Shown here one piece after another: positions 1-8,362 of a stretch of DNA of 64,000 bases (positions are counted from its first letter, which is position 1; the number at the start of each line of letters is the position of its first letter). Below the pieces are notes generated by a model that was not told the origin of the DNA, made no database searches, and saw nothing but the letters and a program-made list of their open reading frames with translations. Source of the stretch: Verrucomicrobiia bacterium (GTDB taxonomy: Bacteria > Verrucomicrobiota > Verrucomicrobiia > Palsa-1439); contig DATJWQ010000054.1 in NCBI GenBank assembly GCA_035501175.1, positions 70,984 through 134,983 on the forward strand. Reading direction: 5' to 3'. Made by a program: the position numbers and the translations under genes.

Positions 1-111
1 GTGCTATTCTCATAACCGCCCTGGACGTCTATGGTTTGCCGGATTCGCTCAAGGCGGCCTGGCAAGTCATTACGGGCGGCTAGAGGCGCAACGTAACGAT
101 TGCTCACGCAT

Positions 112-528
112 ATGTACAAGACCATTCTGGTAACGCTGGATGGCACCCCGACGGACCGGGCCATCATTGAACACGTCAAACGGCTGGCGAAGCACATGCG
201 CAGCCGGGTTGTCCTGCTGCATGTTGCGGATGGCTGGGCGGCGCGCACGTATGGTGCGGACGCGGTCAGCCCGGAGATCACCGAAGACAAAGCGTATTTG
301 GCAAAAGTCCGGGGCGAATTTCGATCTGCCGGCATCCCTGTCGAAGTCGAGCTTGCGTATGGCGAGCCCGCAACGGAAATCATCAAGTGGGTGGAGAAGA
401 GAGGGTGCGATTTGGTGGCGATGAGCACGCACGGACACCGGTTCCTGGCCGATCTATTTCTGGGGTCGACGTCGCGGCTTGTCCGCCACCGCATTAATGT
501 GCCGGTGCTACTGCTCAAGGCCAAGTGA
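112..528 (+). CDS. universal stress protein (UspA family)
   Basis: ORF 100..528 with ATG at 112; Usp-like sequence (VLLHVADG..., GSTS..VPVLLL C-terminus). Confidence 0.8.
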   Translation: MYKTILVTLDGTPTDRAIIEHVKRLAKHMRSRVVLLHVADGWAARTYGADAVSPEITEDKAYLAKVRGEFRSAGIPVEVELAYGEPATEIIKWVEKRGCDLVAMSTHGHRFLADLFLGSTSRLVRHRINVPVLLLKAK

Positions 529-625
529 CCAGAGCCAGCTCACACGCCTTTGGAGATGAAGGGTATCCGGTCATCTCGGCCACCCCCCTCGGTAAAGCGT
601 CTTCTTTCCCCCCATGCATCCCGGC

Positions 626-2686
626 CTACTGTACCGTTAGCGAGAACGACTCCTTGGCGATGCCCTTTTTGGCGTCCGTCAGTTCCACTGTGAACATCGC
701 CAACCCGGCCACCTTCGGCGTCCCGCTGATCACTCCCGTGCTCGCCAGCTTCAAGCCTGTCGGCAATTTGCCGACCGCCTTCCACTTGTACGGTGTCGTA
801 CCCCCTGTCCCATCCAGTGTGACGGAATAAACCGTGCCCGTAGTCGCATCGGGTAACACATTCGTCGTCGTGATCGACGGCGCGCTGATTGTGAAGCTTG
901 CGGTTGCAACGTCGCTCGGGCCATTCGTTCCCAGGTACGCTACTACATTCAGCGTCGCCGAATTCGTGAGCGTGACGTGCCCCTTGAATTTCAACGAATC
1001 ACTCGTCGGCTGGCTGCCATCCGTTGTGTAATACATCACCGCCTTCTTCGTCGCGCAGGCCAGCGCGATCTTCACGTTGTCCGCAAAACTTCCACCATCA
1101 GGCGTGATCGTCGGCGTGGCCACCGTGGTCGTGTTGGTGTTCACGCCTTCTGGTGAAAAATACGCGATGTAATTCGTCCCGTTGGCGGGCACATTTACGT
1201 TTCGTGGATTTGCCGTGCTCCCGTCACTCCAGCCCGTGAATGTCCACCCATTACTCGCCGTCGCGCTGATCTGTACGTTGGCACCTGACGAGTATACGCC
1301 GAGCCCGCTCACCGTCCCACCATCGGACGGGATCGGCAGCATCGCGATCGACGGAGTGGGTGTCAGAGCATACTCATTCGTTGAGGAGGGGAGCACCGTC
1401 GCCGAGCCAATCAGCCAGGTATTCGGCACCTGGATAAGCTCAAAGGTGTTGTAGGGCAGGACGTGCGCGTCACCGTAGTCCACCGCCACGTATTGGGCAG
1501 AGTCCGGTACGATACCGAAGTCGTACGCGTACGTGCCCGTCGGATCGAAATCGAATCCATCCGTCGGATCGGCCACAAGCCATTCGACGCCGGGCAAATG
1601 AAACTCCGTCCGACAGTGAGGTATGCCCTCACCCTTGCGGAATCCCGAGATACATCGCGCAGGTATACCCACGTTCCGTAAACTCGCGGTCAACAGCGCC
1701 GCGTATCCGCCACAGTCGGCAATCCCGTCCTCCAGCACGTCGACCGCATCGATATGAGGCGGCGGCTCCTCGTATATCAGTGTCCGCATCACGGCTCGAT
1801 GCAAGGTGCGCGCCACATCATATGGGGTCATCATGGTTTGATAATTCGCCGGCAAATTCGATTGAACGAAGCTGGTAATCAACGGATCCGTGGATTGGCA
1901 TCGCGAATCGGGAAGCAGCCACACCGTCCAGTTGCTGGAAAGCTGGCTCATCGCCGCCCATGTGTTCGTCCGCAGGATGGTCGGGTTGACCCGAATCTGG
2001 CTGAGCTGAGCGTAAAAGCTGTTGGAACTCAGTAATGTGCTTGGAGGAGTCAGGTTTGTATAGGTGAGTTGGGAAATCGACTCGGTATACGGCGCTGTCA
2101 CAATCGTCTGGCTGCTTGCGGGCGCGGTTACCGAAATCGCTTGTTGGGCGCCGTGCGTGGTCGGGATGCCATATAACACGTACAGGGTGTCGATCGTCCC
2201 GACACCCGGCTCGAAGTTCAGCACCGACTCTTCGTACCCGCTGAAAATCTGCGGCGCAAACAACTCCACCGCCGTCGCCGGCGGCGTCGGCGTGAACACA
2301 CCGCTGAGTGTGTTGCTCGGGTTCGTGTTGCCGCTCACGCCCTCGGGATCCAGCCTGACGCTCCAGGGAATCTCATCATCCAACGCCATTGCGTAATTAA
2401 AGAGCCAGTGATAGCCGTTGCCCGCTCCAACGGTCACCCGGTTCGTGAAACTCACGTTTGCCATCGTCCACACGATGTTGAACGGTGACGAGGGCGTTCC
2501 CTTGATATTAATCGTTGCCGTCAGCCCGTAGAGATCGCCAACCTTGGGCGTGCCTGCTGTTCCATTGGCGAGACACGCCCCCCCGCTCACAAAGCTCAAG
2601 GTGCAAGACGCCTTGACGGACCGCGTTGGGCCAAAAAACGAAGTCACAATCGCCACGCCAACCGCAAGATATCGAGATACTCTCAT
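626..2686 (-). CDS. secreted transglutaminase-like domain protein
   Basis: 686-aa ORF; N-terminal signal peptide; papain-like transglutaminase core Cys motif CGGYAALLTASLRNVGIPARCISGF; ATG at 2686. Confidence 0.75.
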   Translation of the reverse strand: MRVSRYLAVGVAIVTSFFGPTRSVKASCTLSFVSGGACLANGTAGTPKVGDLYGLTATINIKGTPSSPFNIVWTMANVSFTNRVTVGAGNGYHWLFNYAMALDDEIPWSVRLDPEGVSGNTNPSNTLSGVFTPTPPATAVELFAPQIFSGYEESVLNFEPGVGTIDTLYVLYGIPTTHGAQQAISVTAPASSQTIVTAPYTESISQLTYTNLTPPSTLLSSNSFYAQLSQIRVNPTILRTNTWAAMSQLSSNWTVWLLPDSRCQSTDPLITSFVQSNLPANYQTMMTPYDVARTLHRAVMRTLIYEEPPPHIDAVDVLEDGIADCGGYAALLTASLRNVGIPARCISGFRKGEGIPHCRTEFHLPGVEWLVADPTDGFDFDPTGTYAYDFGIVPDSAQYVAVDYGDAHVLPYNTFELIQVPNTWLIGSATVLPSSTNEYALTPTPSIAMLPIPSDGGTVSGLGVYSSGANVQISATASNGWTFTGWSDGSTANPRNVNVPANGTNYIAYFSPEGVNTNTTTVATPTITPDGGSFADNVKIALACATKKAVMYYTTDGSQPTSDSLKFKGHVTLTNSATLNVVAYLGTNGPSDVATASFTISAPSITTTNVLPDATTGTVYSVTLDGTGGTTPYKWKAVGKLPTGLKLASTGVISGTPKVAGLAMFTVELTDAKKGIAKESFSLTVQ

Positions 2687-3048
2687 GCCCGTTCCCTTCC
2701 AGATCGAACCGTTGATTTGCGTTATCGGGGAGTAACCCGGATCGTGCGGCAGGTGATGGTGTCAGAAACCCACGGCGACCAGGTCTGCGGCAAGCGCAGC
2801 TTGACCACCAGTTGCGTCAGACCCAATCCATACTCGCCAGGGAATCCGCGCGAACGACAAAGCCACCTCTCACATCCAGCGCGAACGGGTGCCAGCCCCA
2901 TGCTTCTCCACGGCCCCACAAAAGCACATTCCGGCGGCCAAGTCAATCCGCCCTGAATCGCCAGTGTTCTGTCCAGTTTCCGCCGTTTCTCTCTTTACAT
3001 TTCTTGTCGGTTTGTTATTGTCCGCACCAACAAGGAGGATTTGCTTTG

Positions 3049-3690
3049 ATGAAACGTGGGGAAGGGAGTGCCGCTACCATTGTGCCCGATTCCAAAACCG
3101 GGCCTGTACTTTCCGTCGTTGAACTGCCGCCACATCGCGAAGAAGTCGATTCCAAACTCGAACAGGCTCGCGATCATTTGCTCGCTCTTCGCCGGCAGCA
3201 GGAGGAACTCGAACGTCAGAAGGGTGAGCTTGAGGAACTCCGCCGCCGCCAGGAGGAATACAGCCGCGGTCGCGCCGAGATCACTGACAAACTGGCCCGG
3301 GCTCTTATCGCACTGGAGCGCCAGGAGCTCGAGTCGCGCCGTGTTGCCGAGTCCTGCGTCGCCACGACGCTCTCATTCCGCGACTACGCCGAACAGATTT
3401 CTCAGATTCACGACGAAGAATGGAATAGCGCCAATGTCCGCGAGGAATTGAGCAAGGCTCTCGCTACCATCGAAAGCGCGCGCCTCGAATACAATCGTGC
3501 CTCCGCCAAACTCGATTGCCTCAATCCCGCCAACGGCCAGTCCGTGGCGGAATTGCCCGCTGATCGCAAGAGGGTTTTGCCCGAGTGGAACGAACTCGTT
3601 CGCTACGCCTGCATCGGCGCGGCCGCGTCGGCTCCGCTCATCATCGCCGGCACGATCTGGCTCATCATTCTCTTGACTGCCAAACACTGA
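3049..3690 (+). CDS. hypothetical tail-anchored coiled-coil protein
   Basis: ATG 3049 preceded by strong RBS AAGGAGGA (3032-3039); charged coiled-coil (EELERQKGELEELRRRQEE) and a single C-terminal TM (LIIAGTIWLIILLTAKH); the upstream part of ORF 2812..3690 has no RBS. Confidence 0.6.
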   Translation: MKRGEGSAATIVPDSKTGPVLSVVELPPHREEVDSKLEQARDHLLALRRQQEELERQKGELEELRRRQEEYSRGRAEITDKLARALIALERQELESRRVAESCVATTLSFRDYAEQISQIHDEEWNSANVREELSKALATIESARLEYNRASAKLDCLNPANGQSVAELPADRKRVLPEWNELVRYACIGAAASAPLIIAGTIWLIILLTAKH

Positions 3691-3703
3691 CGGGGGCGCG
3701 ACC

Positions 3704-4300
3704 ATGCGATTCCGTTCCAAACGCGATGATCCGATTGACCGGGCGATCAACGATTTGGACCACCAGATCGCTTCCGTCCAGCGTCAACTGCGCGAGTTGT
3801 CGGCCGACCCCGATGCGGCGCGCGGAATCGGTTCTCTCGCAGGAGGACCGGCTACCGCGAGCGCTTCTCCGGCGGAAAAGGTCACCCGATTTGTCCGCGG
3901 CGTCCTGTCTCCAACGACGAACGACGGTTCGAATGCCGAGCGCGCCCGCCACGATTTGTTCGACGTCGCTGCCGAGCCGCTCAAGGAATTGGAGGCCGAG
4001 CCGATCGCCTTTGCTCACAAACCCGAGCCCGACCTGTTTGCCGCCACGTCCGCCGCGGCCACCAACACCCGACCTGTCTCGATGTCTCTCGATCCGGGGA
4101 CAACGGGAGCGGCCACCAGCGCGTTGGAAAGCGCCCAGGTTGTGCCGCCAAAGGACAAGCTCGCCCATTACCTCGGCGCCGGTAGCATCAAGAGCTACAA
4201 GCCGCTCAAGCGCGCCCAACGGGAAGCCCGGAATCGCTTTTTCATGTGGCTCGGGTTATCCTTCGTCGCGCTATGGATCATTTGGTTCGTGATTCGGTAG
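3704..4300 (+). CDS. hypothetical tail-anchored protein
   Basis: ATG at 3704, 13 nt after the previous stop; Ala/Pro-rich, C-terminal TM (FFMWLGLSFVALWIIWFVIR). Confidence 0.55.
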   Translation: MRFRSKRDDPIDRAINDLDHQIASVQRQLRELSADPDAARGIGSLAGGPATASASPAEKVTRFVRGVLSPTTNDGSNAERARHDLFDVAAEPLKELEAEPIAFAHKPEPDLFAATSAAATNTRPVSMSLDPGTTGAATSALESAQVVPPKDKLAHYLGAGSIKSYKPLKRAQREARNRFFMWLGLSFVALWIIWFVIR

Positions 4301-4770
4301 TTGTCACGACGAAACTCGGCCCGTTTCGCGTCCACTATTCCCCGCGCGGCGTCTCCCGCATCGATTTGCCCGGTTTTAAAGGTCCCCGCGTCTGCGGGAC
4401 CGCGGACACTGCCCCGCTGTTCATTCGCAAATGCATCCGTCAGCTTCAAGAGTACGCCGAAGGCATACCGGTCCGCTTTACCATTCCCCTCGACCTCTCC
4501 GACGGAACTTCATTCCAGCAATCCGTTTGGCGTGTGCTGCAAGCAATCCCGCGTGGCGAAACCTGCTCCTACGGCTGGGTCGCGCAGAAAATCGGCAAAC
4601 CAATGGCATCGCGCGCCGTCGGGCTCGCCTGCGGCGCCAATCCCATTCCTATCGTAATCCCCTGTCACCGCGTCATCGCCGGCGACGGCTCCATCGGCGG
4701 TTTCGGCGGCGGCCTGCCGATGAAACGCCGCCTGCTCGCGTTGGAAGACATCGTCTTGGAAAGAAACTAA
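4273..4770 (+). CDS. ogt: methylated-DNA-[protein]-cysteine S-methyltransferase
   Basis: PCHRVI active-site motif and C-terminal DNA-binding domain; start uncertain (ATG 4273 or TTG 4282) and overlaps the end of the previous ORF. Confidence 0.85.
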   Translation: MDHLVRDSVVVTTKLGPFRVHYSPRGVSRIDLPGFKGPRVCGTADTAPLFIRKCIRQLQEYAEGIPVRFTIPLDLSDGTSFQQSVWRVLQAIPRGETCSYGWVAQKIGKPMASRAVGLACGANPIPIVIPCHRVIAGDGSIGGFGGGLPMKRRLLALEDIVLERN

Positions 4771-5525
4771 TGCCCTACGCGTTGCTACAGAAATCCCTCG
4801 ATCAGACGATCGGCCGCGGGACTTTGGAGGATGCGGCTGCCGCGTCCAAGAGCATCCCGCGGCCGGACTGCGCGCGACTGCAAAAGGAACTCTTCGGCAT
4901 TCTCGTTCAGGATTTGGAGTACGAGCCCGCCCGTGCTCTCCAACGCGAGCTTTTCGCGCGCAACTTTCCCACCGAGGTCGTCGATCAGTCCCAGCTTCCC
5001 GTGTTGAATGAACCTGCCTCTGGACAGGAATTCCAGTTGGAATCCGATGCATTCGTCGTCAACGATCTCTATGGTGCCGTAGTGCGATATCCTTGGGACC
5101 AGTTTGTGTTTGCCGCCGCAGGATACGTCTTGCGGCTGGTGGACCGCCCGCACGTCAGAATGTGGGAGGTTGAGCGGGATCCGTTCGCCTCGCGGCATGC
5201 GCCCGTCAAGCATCCTATCGACTACAAGCTCGAGAATGTCCCTCAATTTCGGATCGAGTTCTTCTTTGCGGTCGAGCCATACCGATTCCGCTGGTGCTGG
5301 GATTCCGAAACAATTATCCGTGTAAATCAGGACCCTGTTCGTTTCAGCCAGAGGGAAAAACTTGCATCGTTGCTCCAGCAACTCGCGGGCTTTCTACCGC
5401 CGGAACGCCTCAACTCGGGCATTCGAAAACTCACTGCGGGCGGATATTTTACTTACCCGGGCGTGCACGCCTTCGAGGAAGAAATCATCTGGTCGTTCTA
5501 TCAGTTGATGCGCCAGAGTGCATGA
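4770..5525 (+). CDS. hypothetical protein, uncharacterized family (copy A of tandem pair)
   Basis: ATG at 4770 overlaps the ogt stop (TAATG); 251 aa; C-terminal FTYPGVHAFEEEIIWSFYQLM conserved in downstream copy B. Confidence 0.6.
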   Translation: MPYALLQKSLDQTIGRGTLEDAAAASKSIPRPDCARLQKELFGILVQDLEYEPARALQRELFARNFPTEVVDQSQLPVLNEPASGQEFQLESDAFVVNDLYGAVVRYPWDQFVFAAAGYVLRLVDRPHVRMWEVERDPFASRHAPVKHPIDYKLENVPQFRIEFFFAVEPYRFRWCWDSETIIRVNQDPVRFSQREKLASLLQQLAGFLPPERLNSGIRKLTAGGYFTYPGVHAFEEEIIWSFYQLMRQSA

Positions 5526-5528
5526 ACC

Positions 5529-6271
5529 ATGTACGCCGTCCTTCAAACCTCACTCGACTAGGCCATCGATCGCCAGACACTGGAAGAAGCGCTCATGGCC
5601 ACCAGTGAACTGGCCGGGCCGGACTGCATGCGATTGTTGCGCGAGCTGTTCGGCATCATTGTCAGAGGTCTTTCGGAGGATGACGCACTCGCCTTGCAGG
5701 CCGCACTTCAGGCGCGGAGGATCACGACCGAGGTCGTCGACGAGTCCGTCCTTCCCGTGCTTGCGCAGCCGAGGCGCGTTCGGCGCTCAATCTCCTGGAC
5801 ACGGGGATCAGCCTCGTCGACCTGTACGACCGCGAGACGTCGTACGAATGGCAACACATCGTCTTTGCCGCCGGTGGCGGCTTGTTGCATCTCAAGGATG
5901 TACAGCATCAAGATCTGGCCACCGTTGGCGGTGGTCGTGGCGGGATCAAATCGTTGATCGTCTCCAAGCATCGCTCTGAGAATTTTCCCGAGTTCCGTCT
6001 CGAGGTGTTCCTTCCAAGCGAATTGCCCCGAGTGCAGTGGGTGCTGACGAAGGACTCATTCATCACGGTCAACGAGGCGCATCTGCGCCTCCGCGACGGC
6101 GACCAACTCGCGATTATCCTGTCCACGTTGGGAAACGCGCTCTCGCCCGGGCAGGTCAATGTCGGCATCAAGAGGGCCATGGTGGGTGAGCAATTTACAT
6201 ATCCCAGCGTCCACGCTTTCGAAGACGAAATCGTCTGGTCACTCTACCGGATGTCGCACAGCGCCGACTGA
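5529..6271 (+). pseudogene. disrupted tandem paralog of 4770..5525 (copy B)
   Basis: ATG 5529 gives MYAVLQTSLD then in-frame TAG (5559-5561) where copy A has Gln (MPYALLQKSLDQ); homology continues in frame 0 to about 5771, then resumes in the -1 frame from about 5783 (ALNLLDTGISLVDLY... vs LESDAFVVNDLY...) to the stop at 6271. Confidence 0.65.
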
Positions 6272-6341
6272 TGCGCGCCAAATTGTGTTTGCCGCATCCC
6301 GCTGAATCTGCGATAAACCGAGGCTCTGGGAGGGCGGCGTT

Positions 6342-7739
6342 TTGCTCAATCTACGCTACGATTTCAACAATCTGATGGCCGAACGCGTCGGCGAGCACGG
6401 TGTCACGGATGCCGAGCTCAAGGCGCTCGGGCCGAAGCTGTTCGCCGCCGCGGACGCGGTCGAGAAAGCCGCGCTCGGTTTTCGCAAACTTCCGTACGAC
6501 ACGAAGCTCGCCGACGAAATCACCGCGCTGGCCGGCAAGATCCGCGAGCGGTGCGATGATTTCGTCGTGGTCGGCATCGGCGGCTCGGCCCTCGGGAATC
6601 GGGCGCTTCATAGCGCGCTGAATCATCCCGAATACAATCTGCTGAATCGCCCCCCGCGCCGCGGTCCGCGAATGTTCGTGGCCGATAACATAGACCCGGA
6701 TCGAATCGCGGCGTTGTTGGATGTAATCGACATCGAGAAGGCTGTCTTCAACGTAATCACCAAATCGGGCGGCACCGCCGAGACCCTGAGCGAGTTTCTC
6801 GTCTTCCGCGACGCGCTCATCAAGAGGCTCGGCCCGAATCGTCATATCGAGCACATCGTCATCACCACCGACCCGCACAGGGGCGAATTCTGCCAGATCG
6901 CCAAACATTTCGGTTACGACTCGCTGCCGGTTCCGCCGGACGTGGGTGGACGCTTTTCCGTGATTAGCGCCGTCGGTCTGCTCGGCGCCGCGGTCACGGG
7001 CATCGACGTCCACAAGCTTCTCCGTGGCGCAGCCGAAATGGATGCGCTTTGCCGGAAATCGAAACGGCTCTGGGAGAACCCGGCGCTCACGGGCGCGGCG
7101 CTCCACTATCTAATGGACAAGGCAAAGGGCAAGAACATCCAGGTGATGATGCCGTATTCCCACGCATTACGCGACGTGAGCAATTGGTTCCGTCAACTCT
7201 GGGCGGAAAGCCTCGGCAAACAGTCGGATCGCGCCGGCAAACGTGTCCTCACCGGTCAGACGCCCGAAAGGGCGCTCGGCGTCACCGACCAGCATTCCGT
7301 CATGCAGCTCTACGTCGAAGGACCGTTCGACAAGGTCGTGACCTTCCTCACCGTGGACGAATTTCACGCGACCGTGGCGATTCCGTCCGCGTTTCCGGAT
7401 TTTGATGCTGTGAAATATCTCGGCGGGCATACTTTGAATGAATTGATGTCTGCCGAGCAACAGGCGACCGAATTGGCACTGACGCAAAGCGGCAAACCAA
7501 ATTGCGCCATTCGCTTGCCGCGCGTTGACGAGGAAACAGTCGGGGCTCTCTTGTATATGCTCGAAATGCAGACCGCCTATGCGGGCGAACTCTACAACAT
7601 CAACGCCTTCGACCAGCCCGGTGTCGAACTGGGTAAGAATTACACCTATGGTCTGATGGGCCGCAAAGGATACGAATCCAAGCGCCGCGAAGTTGAGCAG
7701 GTTGGCAAGCCCAACCGTAAATGGGTGGTGACCGCATGA
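6342..7739 (+). CDS. pgi: glucose-6-phosphate isomerase
   Basis: 465-aa PGI-family sequence (SIS domains, GGRFSV, catalytic region); start TTG 6342 or ATG 6375 uncertain. Confidence 0.85.
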   Translation: MLNLRYDFNNLMAERVGEHGVTDAELKALGPKLFAAADAVEKAALGFRKLPYDTKLADEITALAGKIRERCDDFVVVGIGGSALGNRALHSALNHPEYNLLNRPPRRGPRMFVADNIDPDRIAALLDVIDIEKAVFNVITKSGGTAETLSEFLVFRDALIKRLGPNRHIEHIVITTDPHRGEFCQIAKHFGYDSLPVPPDVGGRFSVISAVGLLGAAVTGIDVHKLLRGAAEMDALCRKSKRLWENPALTGAALHYLMDKAKGKNIQVMMPYSHALRDVSNWFRQLWAESLGKQSDRAGKRVLTGQTPERALGVTDQHSVMQLYVEGPFDKVVTFLTVDEFHATVAIPSAFPDFDAVKYLGGHTLNELMSAEQQATELALTQSGKPNCAIRLPRVDEETVGALLYMLEMQTAYAGELYNINAFDQPGVELGKNYTYGLMGRKGYESKRREVEQVGKPNRKWVVTA

Positions 7740-8302
7740 CCGACGCTGACGTCCTCCAAGTCTTTCGCGAGACCAAGGCGCTGCTCGATGGCCATTTCCT
7801 GTTGCGCTCCGGCCTGCACAGTCGCCAGTATTTCCAATGCGCCCTCGTCCTTCAATATCCGCACGTCGCCGAACGGCTTTGCTCGGAACTGGCCAGGAAA
7901 CTGCATTGGCTGGGCGCGCGGGTGGTTGTTTCGCCGGCCATCGGCGGCTTGTTCGTTGGGCACGAAGTGGCCCGTGCCCTGGACATCCGCCACATTTTTG
8001 CCGAGAAAAACGCCGCGGGGAAGCTCGAACTCCGTCGCAATTTCAGGATTGCACCGCGCGAGAAGGTGCTTGTTGTGGAAGATGTCGTCACCCGGGGCGG
8101 CCGAGTCCAGGAAACGATCAATATCGTGGGTGGTTTGGGCGGCGAAGTGGTCGGAGTGGGAACGCTCGTTGACCGATCGGTCGAGAAAGTTGATTTTGGC
8201 GTGAGACTGGAAAGTCTGCTAAGATTGCAGGTTGAAACATTTGATCCGACAGCCTGCCCGCTTTGCCAATCGGAAATGCCGGTGGTAAAGCCGGGGAGTT
8301 AG
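7736..8302 (+). CDS. pyrE: orotate phosphoribosyltransferase
   Basis: PRTase motif VLVVEDVVTRGG; ATG 7736 overlaps the pgi stop (ATGA). Confidence 0.85.
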   Translation: MTDADVLQVFRETKALLDGHFLLRSGLHSRQYFQCALVLQYPHVAERLCSELARKLHWLGARVVVSPAIGGLFVGHEVARALDIRHIFAEKNAAGKLELRRNFRIAPREKVLVVEDVVTRGGRVQETINIVGGLGGEVVGVGTLVDRSVEKVDFGVRLESLLRLQVETFDPTACPLCQSEMPVVKPGS

Positions 8303-8362
8303 CACCGTCTCCCCATGTAGGGGTTGACGGGCAGGCGAGGATGAGCGATACGAGAGATTTGT

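Noticed and set aside
4431-4769. N-terminal extension of copy A (364-aa track ORF)
   Set aside because: Lies inside the ogt gene in another frame; homology to copy B and an ATG on the ogt stop begin at 4770
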